Part shown: piece after piece, positions 35,583 through 47,480 of the stretch
Layout: each line of letters opens with the position of its first letter
Position numbering within the stretch: the stretch's first letter is position 1
Source of the DNA: Octopus bimaculoides
Taxonomy: Eukaryota
DNA length: 52,935 bases
Assembly: GCF_001194135.2 (NCBI RefSeq)
Contig: NC_069000.1
Span: forward strand, 41,334,221-41,387,155
Reading direction: 5' to 3'
Translations under genes and position numbers: made by a program
Notes under the pieces: model-generated
The model's database searches: none
The model's input: the letters and a program-made list of their open reading frames with translations, nothing else
Told to the model about the DNA's origin: nothing

Positions 35583-36298
35583 GACAGAGACAGACAAACA
35601 GACAGAGAGGAAGAGGGAGAGTGATGGAGAGAGTGAGAGAAATGCAGACAAAAATGAACGAAATAATATACTAACCATCATATACAAGCTCTGAATAAGG
35701 AGGACAGGTCGTTCTACCCCACCGGGTATATAGTGATCCGAGACCGGGTTCTGTAAAATTAAAATGAAACAATGTATTTTAACAGAAGCAATAGAAGAAT
35801 CATCTTCAAAGGAAGTCGTTGGATAAAAGTTATAAAATTGTGGGAAGAATAACTAGAAGAAAAGGAGGAAGGAAGAAAAAGAAGGGGTGCAGAATGTGTT
35901 AGGAAAAACACAGATAGAGGGGCTAGGAGAAAGACAGAGTGAATAGATGAAAGACAGAAAGAAAGAAGTAAATAAATCCACGAATATTCCATAAGAATAA
36001 ACTGCAAAAAGAGAAAATGTTACATATTGAAACTTTTGTGTTTTGCTCGTCTCAGTCATTCGACGGTTGCTATGCTTAGTCACCGCCTTGGAATTTTAGT
36101 CGAACGAATCGACGTCAGTACTTTTTTTTTCAAATCTTAGTATTTCTTGTATCGGCTTCTTTTGCCGAACCACTACGTTACGGCGATGCAAACACACCAA
36201 CGCCGGTAGGCAAGTGGTAGGTCTGTGTATGGGGAGAACACAGACAAAAAACACACACACACTCATAGATATACACGCATATATATATATACACGCAT

Positions 36299-36344
<46 letters not shown>

Positions 36345-38450
36345 GACGGGTTTTTTTCAGTTTTCGTCTACCACGACGACTTACATGTGTTTGGTCGTCC
36401 TTAGGTTATAGTAGGAGACACTCGTCCAAGGGGCCACGCAGTGGAACTGAACCCGGAATCAAGTGTTTGGGAGGCAAGCTTCTTACCGCACAGTCCCGCT
36501 TAGTTAAAGGTGTGCACGTGTGTGCGCATATGTATGTGCGTTTGCGTGTGTGAATATATGTATATATAAATATATATATATACACTCACACACATGTACA
36601 TATATACATATATAAACACGCATACCCACACACACGCACACACACGTCATACAAACAAGCATGCACAAATATATATTAATATTTTGTTCATTTTTTACAT
36701 ATAATGTTATCTACTTTCCCTCTACAAACTCATTTCTGGATGCACTCCGCATTTCTTTATGTTTACTTCCTACTTTACCTTCAAAACTGAATTGAAAATA
36801 CCTGTCAGATACGTTTCTCAGAATCATACACAAAGGTACTAACAAATACGTGTAGCCTTGCTCAGGTACACGTATAAACAGTTATTTAGTTATTTTCACA
36901 GCATAATAGCATTAGTTTACATTGAGGAAGTTATTGCAAAGTAGAAAATGGTTTAGTAAACGGCTAAACCTTCGGTATTTCATTGAGCAGATAGGGATAA
37001 CAATCAAAAACCAATCCGATGTTGAAGAGACTAGAAGTCAGTCGCTGAGGAGACTAGTTTGGCTGAACACTGTAGAACTGAAAAACTAAATATTTTATGA
37101 TACTTAATCTGGTTCCCGAACATTACTTCAAATTACTTTGTCTTAACAGTTTTATATATTATAAAATTCATTCTTACTTGGTGTGTCATCAGGTTTATCA
37201 TCGAGAGATTTCTTAGAAACGAAACGGTTCTGTAAAAAATAGAAACAATATCATACAAATGGACTTCAGAATATATACCATCGTTTAGAATCTAAAACGA
37301 GACCAAATCAGGTTTACTAAACCTTTGATTTCGAATGATTAACAACGTAATTATATTTTGATGTGTTTAATATACAAGCAATTCAACGTATGTTTTACAA
37401 GTAACTATACTGTTTGTAAAATGAAAACAACAATTTTATCAAGTATTTATTCACAACCGTGCTTTGACACTAGAGTTAGGTAAACGTAGAGCCTATACAA
37501 CAGAGGAGATAATTGAGCTAATTTCGTTACGAAACATATTTCAACGCAAGAGTGGTTTTCTCTCATTCTTTTAATCTTTTTCTTGTTTCCATCTTGAGAC
37601 TGTTGCCATGCTGGGGCACCGCCTCGAAGAATTTTAGCCGAACGAATCGACCCCAGAATATTATTTTAAGTCGGGAACTTATGGTATCCGTTTCTTTGCG
37701 TTTTACTTTCTGTAAAATGAAAACAATTTTACCTGCAGGAGGCAGTCAGGTTGGGCAGACAATTTGGAAGCTCGTTATACAAGCAAAGTTTTCTGTTAAA
37801 CTGAGCAAAAACATTACAGACATATATGAAATGCTCCAGGCTGTTTATGGATTTACTTGTACGAGTCGATTATATGTTTTTCGCTGGTGCCAGATACAGG
37901 CACTAAAACCAGCGGGACCATCATCTACATCCACTGTATTTTCTCTAGTCGGACGCTCAACAAATTGTCTTTTGTTGTGGTTTGTTGGGTGGGGGGAGTT
38001 CTGGAAGAGATACAGACGCAAAAGTCTAGAGTACTGCAATAAGTGCACAGAAATCAGAGTATTCCATTTTCAAGTAGACTTTTACTTTTTAGAAACGAAA
38101 TTACGAAATCTTGATCTACCGTTTAGTCTGCCTTTAGGGTACTAGCTTTGAGAGTTGCATTCCCTCGCATTCGGTAAAAATGTGTTTATTATGGTAGTTT
38201 GAGTCTAGAGTCCCTCTTAGCGTGAGGCATTTATGTATAGTAATGCCCTTATATAAATAAATATATATATATATATATATATATATTCACTTGTTTCAGT
38301 CATTTGATTGCGGCCATGCTGGAGGACAGCCTTGAAAGTCTTTAGTCGAACAAATCAACCCCAGGAAATATTTTTAAGCCTAGTCCTTATTCCATTGGTC
38401 ACATTACCGAACTGCTCAGTTACAGGGACAAACACAGACACAAAGACACA

Positions 38451-38493
<43 letters not shown>

Positions 38494-40186
38494 TTGGAAA
38501 TTATTCGTGGCGTTCGATCATATAATAATATAAATAATATAGATATATGCATATATGCATACACATATGTACATACCTACATATAGATGTATATACACGT
38601 GCATATATGGGTAGAAGACGTCAAAAAACGTGAACAAAATGAAAAACGGGAACATGAAAAAACAAAATCATGGAAAACGAACTGTTTTTCGAACAATGAA
38701 AGAAACAAATAGAGAGACGGGACAGGCAACATAAAGAACATTGCCTTCATCAGTTGTTCCTTGTTTTATCTACTCCGCGTTTCGAACACTTGGGACAAGA
38801 CGCGTCATCGTTAAAACAGTCGTTCTCGCAAAGCAAATTAAATAATATTTGGGATTTGCTGAGGGTTAAAGTGATAACAAAAACAGGACAGTACGAACAA
38901 AACAGTAAAAACAAACGGTAAGGGCTGTTAAGCCATAACGATGTGAAGTGGTGAGCGCTGGAAAAACGAGCTTTGACAGGGGACAGGCAAAAATGTGTGT
39001 TGTCTCTTGTAGTGCAAGGAGAAGAATGACAGGTGACAGGCAAAAATATGTGTTATCTCTTGTAGTGCAAGGAGAAGAATGAAAGATAGCCGCTGATCAC
39101 GTGTGAGCAACGGGAGAGTCACTAAAGTGACGGAGGGTATCAGTGACCATCAGCATTGCTAGAAACAAGAATAAAATTAGAATCAAAATAACTCTTAGCC
39201 ACTTTCCTAACGGCTGATAAGGAAGAAAAGTCCCTTCCTACAACAAGCGAGATGGAGTCGTATCAGTGCTAATTTCAGATTTAATCAATCTTCATCAGTG
39301 ACCTATTACTCCGTCACCGAGGGTTAAAAATCCTAAATCACCTTGTCATAATACATACAAACACACATACATATACACATGGGTAAGCACATAAATGCAA
39401 AACAAGGTGGAAAAAAATAATATAAATATACAAAGAAACGCATACACGGACACGTATATATATATANNNNNNNNNNNNNNNNNNNNNNNNNNNNNNNNNN
39501 NNNNNNNNNNNNNNNNNNNNNNNNNNNNNNNNNNNNNNNNNNNNNNNNNNNNNNNNNNNNNNNNNNNNNNNNNNNNNNNNNNNNNNNNNNNNNNNNNNNN
39601 NNNNNNNNNNNNNNNNNNNNNNNNNNNNNNNNNNNNNNNNNNNNNNNNNNNNNNNNNNNNNNNNNNNNNNNNNNNNNNNNNNNNNNNNNNNNNNNNNNNN
39701 NNNNNNNNNNNNNNNNNNNNNNNNNNNNNNNNNNNNNNNNNNNNNNNNNNNNNNNNNNNNNNNNNNNNNNNNNNNNNNNNNNNNNNNNNNNNNNNNNNNN
39801 NNNNNNNNNNNNNNNNNNNNNNNNNNNNNNNNNNNNNNNNNNNNNNNNNNNNNNNNNNNNNNNNNNNNNNNNNNNNNNNNNNNNNNNNNNNNNNNNNNNN
39901 NNNNNNNNNNNNNNNNNNNNNNNNNNNNNNNNNNNNNNNNNNNNNNNNNNNNNNNNNNNNNNNNNNNNNNNNNNNNNNNNNNNNNNNNNNNNNNNNNNNN
40001 NNNNNNNNNNNNNNNNNNNNNNNNNNNNNNNNNNNNNNNNNNNNNNNNNNNNNNNNNNNNNNNNNNNNNNNNNNNNNNNNNNNNNNNNNNNNNCTCTGAT
40101 CCAATATATCTATCTATCTATTGGCATTAGTAAAATTTACACATATACTTATTTATAAAATGTGTTTATATGAATGTGTGTCTGTA

Positions 40187-40230
<44 letters not shown>

Positions 40231-40498
40231 TGTCTGTCTGTGCGTGTGTGTGTGTCAATGCATGCGAGCTTGTGTATATTAATACATACTCTATACAGAC
40301 CAAAGGCAGGAAGATAAAAGTCACATACAAATACATACAAATTTCTCTACTCACTTGTTCCGATTTCTCTTCCATTTTCCTAATCCTTGAATCTTGGTGA
40401 AGAATCGTTATGGTGAGAATGAGAAATAATCCGAAAGCTACGAGAGAAGAAATGGAAAAACGTTGCGAAACGTTCCTGGAAAACTGTGAGAAATCCAT
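31952..40498 (-). CDS. Gene B (spliced, 4 exons, 253 aa): paralog of gene A, short-chain collagen C4-like domain protein without triple helix
   Basis: join(40498-40355, 37229-37178, 35750-35676, 32442-31952) = 762 nt, open frame, GT-AG introns; about 81% amino-acid identity to gene A by manual alignment. Confidence 0.9.
34240..34995 (+). mobile_element. Degenerate mariner transposase fossil in gene B intron 3
   Basis: HDNARPH, HPPYSSDL, YYHLFR motifs (ORF 34701..34955). Confidence 0.85.
35676..35750 (-). CDS. Gene B exon 3 ([26 protein letters not shown])
   Basis: CAG acceptor, GTTAGT donor, 75 nt. Confidence 0.92.
36041..36499 (-). mobile_element. SINE family A, diverged full-length copy
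   Basis: Reverse complement matches head, core, microsatellite and tail. Confidence 0.8.
37178..37229 (-). CDS. Gene B exon 2 ([17 protein letters not shown])
   Basis: CAG acceptor, GTAAG donor, 52 nt as in gene A. Confidence 0.85.
37570..37700 (-). mobile_element. SINE family A 3' fragment
   Basis: CCATGCTGGGGCACCGCC…GAATCGACCCCAG. Confidence 0.7.
37770..37900 (+). mobile_element. Mariner transposase N-terminal HTH fragment
   Basis: AKFSVKLSKNITDIYEMLQAVYG…SRLYVFRW resembles the Mos1-type HTH. Confidence 0.65.
38286..38455 (-). mobile_element. SINE family A 3' half
   Basis: CTTGTTTCAGTCATTTGA…CAAATCAACCCCAG. Confidence 0.8.
40355..40498 (-). CDS. Gene B exon 1 (MDFSQ...KSEQ)
   Basis: 48 codons, donor CAA|GTGAGT, hydrophobic segment [20 protein letters not shown]. 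Confidence 0.88.
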
Positions 40499-40539
40499 CT
40501 TGACGATAGTTGTCGGTGGTGGTACGTGATATTTCGTGA

Positions 40540-40780
40540 TATTTCGTGTTGGTCTAACAATAAATCTAGTGTAGATCTAAGCTGGAGGCTTACTACTGAC
40601 TTTCTATGTGTCTATCTTAGATCTGAAGTTGATCTCAGCTGAAGACTTATTACTGACTTCCTGACAACATATTATATATGGAACCCAGCTCTGCCGAAAA
40701 TCTTATCGTGAATTCGTAAACCAATGAGAATGCCATAACCATAAAGTGTGGGTGTACACTTGTAAATGACAGGTTTTGTG
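40540..40780 (-). promoter_or_regulatory. Gene B 5'UTR / proximal promoter, with a duplicated Inr-like block
   Basis: Same conserved blocks as gene A; the roughly 30-bp TCAGT-containing block occurs twice (40573-40603, 40631-40661). Confidence 0.55.
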
Positions 40781-41075
40781 GATGGATAGAATTTTTTTAA
40801 TATATGTATACATATATACATACGTATATACATACATAGATACACACACATACATACATTATTTACATTACTTATATTTGACGGATATTTGTCCTCATTT
40901 GTTTGTTGTTAACACAACGTTTCGGCTGATATACCCTCCAGCCTTCATTAAATATAGAACAGTAACACACATACATGTATGTACGTATATATANNNNNNN
41001 NNNNNNNNNNNNNNNNNNNNNNNNNNNNNNNNNNNNNNNNNNNNNNNNNNNNNNNNNNNNNNNNNNNNNNNNNNN

Positions 41076-41128
<53 letters not shown>

Positions 41129-41507
41129 GATCCGAGTTCAGTTCCACTGCGTGACACCTTGGGCAAGTGTCTTCTACTACAGCCTTGTGAGTGAATTTGA
41201 TAGACAAGAACTGGAAGAAGCCGGTCGTATATATATATGTGTGTGTGTGTGTATGTGTGTATGTGTGTGTATGTCTGTCTCGCTGTCTGTCTGTGTATGT
41301 TTGTGTGTCTATATTTGTCCCCTCCCTCATCATCTTGACAACCGATGGTGGTGTGTTTCCGTCCCAGTAACTTAGCGGTTCGGCAAAAGAGACTGATAGA
41401 ATAAGTATTAGGCTTACAAAGAATAAGTCCTGGGGTCGATTTGCTCGACTAAACGCGGTGCTCCAGCATGGCCGTAGTCAAATGATTGAAACAAGTAAAA
41501 GAATAAA
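41129..41507 (+). mobile_element. SINE family A (5' end missing)
   Basis: CCTTGGGCAAGTG core, internal microsatellite, tail. Confidence 0.85.
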
Positions 41508-41514
41508 TGAATGT

Positions 41515-42480
41515 AAATATTGAAAAAGCATCCTTAAATGATCGTATCAAAAGCGTGTCAGGACTTTCTTTCCATTTTAATATAATAATCTTTCAGTTTT
41601 TCTTCTTTTTTTTTATTTTTGGCTTTGTTTCGTAGACATTTTTACAAGATTTTTGCGATGCTGAATTAAACTAAATCCGTCCTCTTCTCTCAGTTTACAC
41701 TATTCAGACAACCTAAAATGTCTATAGCTTTCGCATATGCTTTGCGTAACTTCTAACAGATTATATATTCAATTGAAGTCCCACTCAGGTCAAATTTGCC
41801 TTTCATATTCCTCGGGGATAAAATAAAGTACCGATCATGTATAGCAGGTGATATAATCAGCTGCATCATTCCCTCAAATTCCTTGTTGATAAGAATAACT
41901 CAGTGAATTGCTTGAATTGTGAGTGCGTCAGACAAAACTAAGTGTTTAGTTCTCAGCTATTTACGTCCTCAACATTACCTTTCTTCTTATCATGGTCGAT
42001 ACAATAAAGAACCAGACGAGTAGTGTGTATAAGAAAAGAAAAAACCGCAAAATGTAAGTCTCCAACATTGTAAAAGAACAAATATAAACGAAGGAAAAAG
42101 GATAACGAGAAGGAAAAGGAAAGTGTGTGATCGATAAGCGAGTTACATTGAATAAAGGAAGGAGGTGTATCAGAATGATAATAGAAAGTAGAGTGGTGTA
42201 GAAGAGGTTAAGAGAAAGGACACGATGTGAGAGTTAGAAGTGATTGAAAGGTAGAAGGAGGAAGGGAAAAAAACAGGAGTAAGTGGCGTTGGGATGTAAT
42301 AAAATAAAAAGAGAAAAGCAACAGTAAGGTGACATCAAATCAACAGGATAACAACAGTAAAAGAAAAGGGTCTTATGTAGATCACTACGAAAATGAGACG
42401 TAATCAGCGAAGGAGAAGCGAGGAAATTTTCCTTTCTTCAGCCAGCCAATGCACAGTTTGCCCTAGCATATGCCAAGAAA
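41515..42480. repeat. Inverted copy of part of gene B intron 3 (about 33275-34055)
   Basis: Multiple colinear reverse-complement blocks, e.g. TCCGTCCTCTTCTCTCAGTTTACACTATTC, and GAAAGGAAAATTTCC / GGAAATTTTCCTTTC. Confidence 0.8.
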
Positions 42481-42737
42481 ATGATTTAACACTAACGACT
42501 AACGATCAACGCTGTCAACTAATTCTTTTATTAAGCACTCAGGCTTCTACACAGAGGAGACAGCACAAGGACAGACAGAACGCCACAGTGGGGACAAAAA
42601 ACACAAAACGAATGAAAATGAGAAACATGTTATATAATAATGAGAAAAATAGCTGCAAGAGCCCTACTTTCATGCAGTACCATTTGAACGTTTTCACGCA
42701 CAGTTTATGATCTTTCCTTTTCCTTTGTTTTTTTTTT

Positions 42738-44200
42738 CTATAAGCATCGTTTTTGTCCTGTCTTTTTTACTTTTTTTTGATATCTCATAAATGGTTCCAG
42801 TTCTCTTAATTCCACTACTGGCAGCAGTTCGTCAAACTCCACTACAACTCCCGGCGGATCAATGTCCCCTCCACACATTTCCTTTAACCTGTTATATCCA
42901 TATTTATCAATTACAATAGCCTTCACATTTTCCGAGTAATATCCGTAAGCAACTTAACCCTTATAGTATATTTAAACGTCTTTATCTTTCTTTCGGTTGC
43001 TGTGTTCTTAGCGTTTATCACGAAATTCCACTTGTGCTTTTTCGGCTTTCTCGCTTGTTTGCCTTTTCCTTGCACCACTCTTGGCGCCTTCTCTTTGTCT
43101 TTCTCCTCCTCCATTTTGATTAGTGGCGCTGTTTCACCTTCATGCTATTGTCTTTTTATACCGCCTGAATCTTCCTCCTCCACTGGTATATCTACTACTC
43201 TTGCTACTGTCTCCTCTTTCTTAAGCTCCTCTTCGAGCTCCTCCTCAAACTCCTCGTCAACCTCCTCGTCAACCTCCTTCTCAACCTCCTTTTCATCCTC
43301 CTTATCTACTTCTTTTTTCGCTTTCTGCCTCTCCGGCGGAGAGCTTACACTTTCTTTTCTTTTTCGTTTTTTTTAACTACTGTGAATGCTTCTTCTGTTA
43401 TTGCTGTCTCTTTCACATCATCCTGTACCACTTTGTCCACCCTCTCCTGCTCCTCAGACTACTCTATTTGTTGTTCCTCCTTTTCTCTCTGGGGGCACTT
43501 CGCCTTCGTATGGCCTTTCTCGCCACATAGGTAGCATATGGGATGCCTGCCATCCACTACCACTGTCAGCCTCACATCCTCGGGTAACATTATTTCCTCT
43601 GCAATTCTGTTCAAGTCACTTAAACTTGCTTGTATGGCCATCTCTATGCCATAACCTCTTCAATTCAACCTTTTAGTTCTCGTCACTCAGTATTTTTGCA
43701 TCTTCCTCCATGTTTTGCAAATTATCGCTGCAACCAACCATGTTTCATTTATTTCCGGTCGTACTTTTCCTACTCTAAACCTGGCAACATACTTGCCACA
43801 GTATGTTGGCAAAACATACTGTTCTGTCTTTATGACTACAGTGGAGTGCGTTATCGCTTCGTCCTCAGTTGCGAATCGCACCTCCACTGTGCCGTACTTT
43901 CTTCCTCTTGGGTTGAACGTGGTGAACTTTTGATTTCTTTTAGGCACTCTTCAATGGCTTCGATAGCTGCGATTAAATTTTTCGGGATGATACTTTCACT
44001 ATTTTGTATATCATTGTTCTCTTTCTTACACTATTTCTTAGATCATCTGGTGGCGTTATTTTTAGATTATGGTAACTTTTCGCAGTCTTTTAACTTCCTC
44101 GGTTCTACTTTTACTTCACGAAACACCGAAGCATCTGAGTCCACTACTCTGCCAGTTGTTGCCGCATAACTGTGGCCTTCTGCTCGTCCAATTTCTATTT
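42738..44200 (-). mobile_element. Frameshifted LINE ORF1/gag-like remnant (RRM-like region, CCHC knuckle, E/K-rich tract)
   Basis: GTVEVRFATEDEA; CYLCGEKGHTKAKC (CX2CX4HX4C); spread over several frames. Confidence 0.7.
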
Positions 44201-44323
44201 TTCTTCTCTTCTCAGGTTTCCCCATAAATGGGAAGAAAACAAACACAAATCAACAAACTCATATGTAAGAACAGCAATTTCAACAATCTACAATCGTAGG
44301 TACACTCACGAGGGGAGACCTTC

Positions 44324-44489
44324 AGGCGCAGGAGTGGCTGTGTGGTAAGTAGCTTGCCTACTAACCACATGGTTACCAGTTCAGTCCCACTGCGTGGCAC
44401 CTTGGGCAAGTATCTTCTACTATAGCCTCGAGCCGACCAAAGCCTTGTGAGTGGATTTGGTAGACGGAAACAGAAAGAAGCCCGTCGTA

Positions 44490-44522
<33 letters not shown>

Positions 44523-44839
44523 NNNNNNNNNNNNNNNNNNNNNNNNNNNNNNNNNNNNNNNNNNNNNNNNNNNNNNNNNNNNNNNNNNNNNNNNNNNNTA
44601 TATAATATATATATGCGTGTGTGTATGTTTGTGTGTCTGTGTTTGTCACCCTAGCATTGCTTGACAACCGATGCTGGTGTGTTTATGTCCCCGTCACGCT
44701 GTGGTTCAGCAAAAGATACCGATAGAATAAGTACTAGGCTTTCAAAGAATAAGTCCCGGGGTCGATTTGCTCGACTAAAGGTGGTGCTCCAACATGACCA
44801 CAGTGAAATGACTGAAACAAGTAAAAGAGTAAAAGAGTA
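44324..44839 (+). mobile_element. SINE family A, full length (gap in the internal microsatellite)
   Basis: Head, core and tail are all present. Confidence 0.9.
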
Positions 44840-44899
44840 ATGTAACTCACGTCTAACAGGGATCAAAAATAATGAAACAGAACAGAAAGAAATGATGTC

Positions 44900-47480
44900 A
44901 ACAACGGCCTACATGTTACCATCCTCGTATTTATGTAGAATTACTGCTCCGATATCATACTCACTGGCATCTGAATCAAATACAATCTCCAATGCAGGAT
45001 CGAAATGTACTAAAGACAAATCTGACGTTAGAAATTTTTATTTTGTCGAAAGAGTTCTGATAATTTTTCAAATTATATATTTTTTCAGTAAATTATTTTG
45101 TGGAGCTCTTACCTGGTGCATATTTGCTGTATAAATCTGATAATCATTTACACACACCAAGTCAGCTTTTTAAAGAAGATACGTTTGTTGGAGGGGCACA
45201 TTTTTTATCGCATCTGCCCTCGACGGATCTGGTCGACCACAATTCTTATCAATAATTTGTCCTACATACATGATTTTAGGCAAGAAAATTTCGCATTTCT
45301 CCTCACCCAGTTTGATACCATAATCTTGTTTTTTTCAAAAATACATTATTCATGTTCGATATGCTCATCACATGATTCACTTTTAATTAATATATCATCC
45401 AGATAGATCATCGAGAAGCTACATTCTGCAAGCAACGTATCCAACACTTGTCGGGATATAGCAGCATTGAGGGCAAACGGGAACCGTTATTTGTGCAGGT
45501 AATTGTGGGTGTTAAAAGCTTAGTACGTTTATCTTTCACTAGTGTTAGTAAGTAAGAAAGAGAAAGATCTAATTTCCCGAACAATTTACCACTATTTCGT
45601 TTCGAGAAGATTTCTTCCGGGATAGGTAATAGGTAGTTATACTATCTTAAACATTCGCTCAGTCCCTTCAAGAAATCTGTACCTACCGGAAATATATAGT
45701 TCTTCATTTTACATACACTCTTAGAGACACCCAATCTGAATAGGCCATTTTTTAATCACGCCCCTTTTTCCAAGTCTGTCTAATTCCTTATTCATTTGTT
45801 CCAGTGCTAAAACGGTACATTACGTTAGGTTTTCAAAATTGGTAACGAATATTCTATTCTTTCACCTGAAATTTTGCTCAAAATTTAATATGCTCACTAA
45901 TTGCATCAGAAAAAACATCAGAGAACAAATTTTTTCTCTTCTTTTTAGTATTTTCTAACTCTGTATTACAACCGGTGGACGACCCCCATTACATTTTGAC
46001 AAAATTTATTTATGGGAAAATTCCATAATTTGAACATTTCCATCCAAATAGATCCAAAACCGTCGCTTGTATATTTTAATACTAAGCTTTCGCTTATATA
46101 TTCTTGCGCGAAATGTAACCTTACAGATAATTTCACCTTTGATAATTAATGTAATACTCGAAACTCCAGGTGCAATCTTCGAGGTTTTCTATAGTGCATA
46201 TTTCTCGAGTGTTTTCCATGTGTCTTCATTAATTAAAGTAATGTTACTACATGTACCCAACTGTAATTTCACATTTATATTATTGATTTTTACATACACA
46301 ACATTCCTTCTCGTTCGTATTTCTTCTCACCGACAAAATGTTTGCATGATTTTTGCTGCTGAACTATTTTGCAGTGTGATTTTTTTTTCACCTAACATAC
46401 CACACTTGAAATTTTCGTCTTTTATAACAACAGACGAATCTAGTGTAATTCTCCACATCCAGAATATTGTTTATTTTTCCGTTTTTCATTCTTAATTTCG
46501 GTCGCACCGACTGTATGAGAGCAGTTTCTTACTTCAGTTTGTTCCATATCGTGCATTAGGTTTATCACTCTCTGGTAATTCTCAGATATTTTTTGTGGTG
46601 TTAGCTTCTCGTCCCGCTCTAATTTAGTCAGTATTCTGTTATGAATTTCTTCATTTTTCTTTGCCGTTAAACCTTGAAAGAAAATTAAACATTTAAACAT
46701 ATCTGGTGTTGGTTCATTAATTTTAAATCTTTCGCATTCGCTTTTAAGCATTTTTGGTTGAAAATCTTTGATAGAATATTCACCGTTTCTTCAAAACAGA
46801 TTTCACTCAGTTTCTTTCATAATATATAATTTCAATATTTCTCATACTCAGCTGGTGCTAGCTTTCGCAACAAAAGCCGAGAGTTTTATCCTCTTGCCAG
46901 GCACAGCATTCTTCTGTAAAAATGTTCTCGTATCTTCTAAAGTAAGCAGAGAAGGTTGAACCTTCCTCTAGGTTATGTGCGAACCTTCCAATCAAGTTTT
47001 GCGACAGTGTCCAGGGTGAACGAATCAGATGAATTTTCTGTTTTCTTCTGTATCATTTGTACTAACAATTCATTTTACTTCTCAAATTCCAGCATCTGTT
47101 GTTATTGCTATTTTTATTGCTATTTTTGCTGTTTCTATAATTCCAACGTGTGTTATCATTATTCTTGAAGCTTCTCCTGCTCGTGCTGCTGTCATTAAAT
47201 TACCGAGGCTAGTAAACCTTTCATGTTAAAACAAAAATCAGTCCAGTATGAGCTTCGAATAACTACGTCACTAAAAATGTTATGACGTAGGTATACACGT
47301 CTGGTGTATAATGGTATTAAACAAATAAATTGTTGGATGAGACTATCTAAAAATAACCTATCGCAGAAATATATGTCAACACAAAACGCTGTCTGCGCTA
47401 CTCGAACGTAAGTCCGATACCCAGCATTCACTGTTCCATAAAAGATTGTTGAACTAACACCACCAACTGTCACTCACTGT
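44900..47480 (-). mobile_element. Degenerate Ty3/Gypsy LTR retrotransposon (gag, protease, RT N-half)
   Basis: PDMFKCLIFFQGLTAKKNEEI..RILTKLE (gag); NITLINEDTWKTL (protease-adjacent); LPIPEEIFSK…KLDLS (RT); many stops; TGG PBS-like start near 47465. Confidence 0.75.

Noticed and set aside
43002-43376. Ser-rich plus-strand ORF
   Set aside because: Antisense shadow of the E/K-rich region of the minus-strand ORF1-like remnant.
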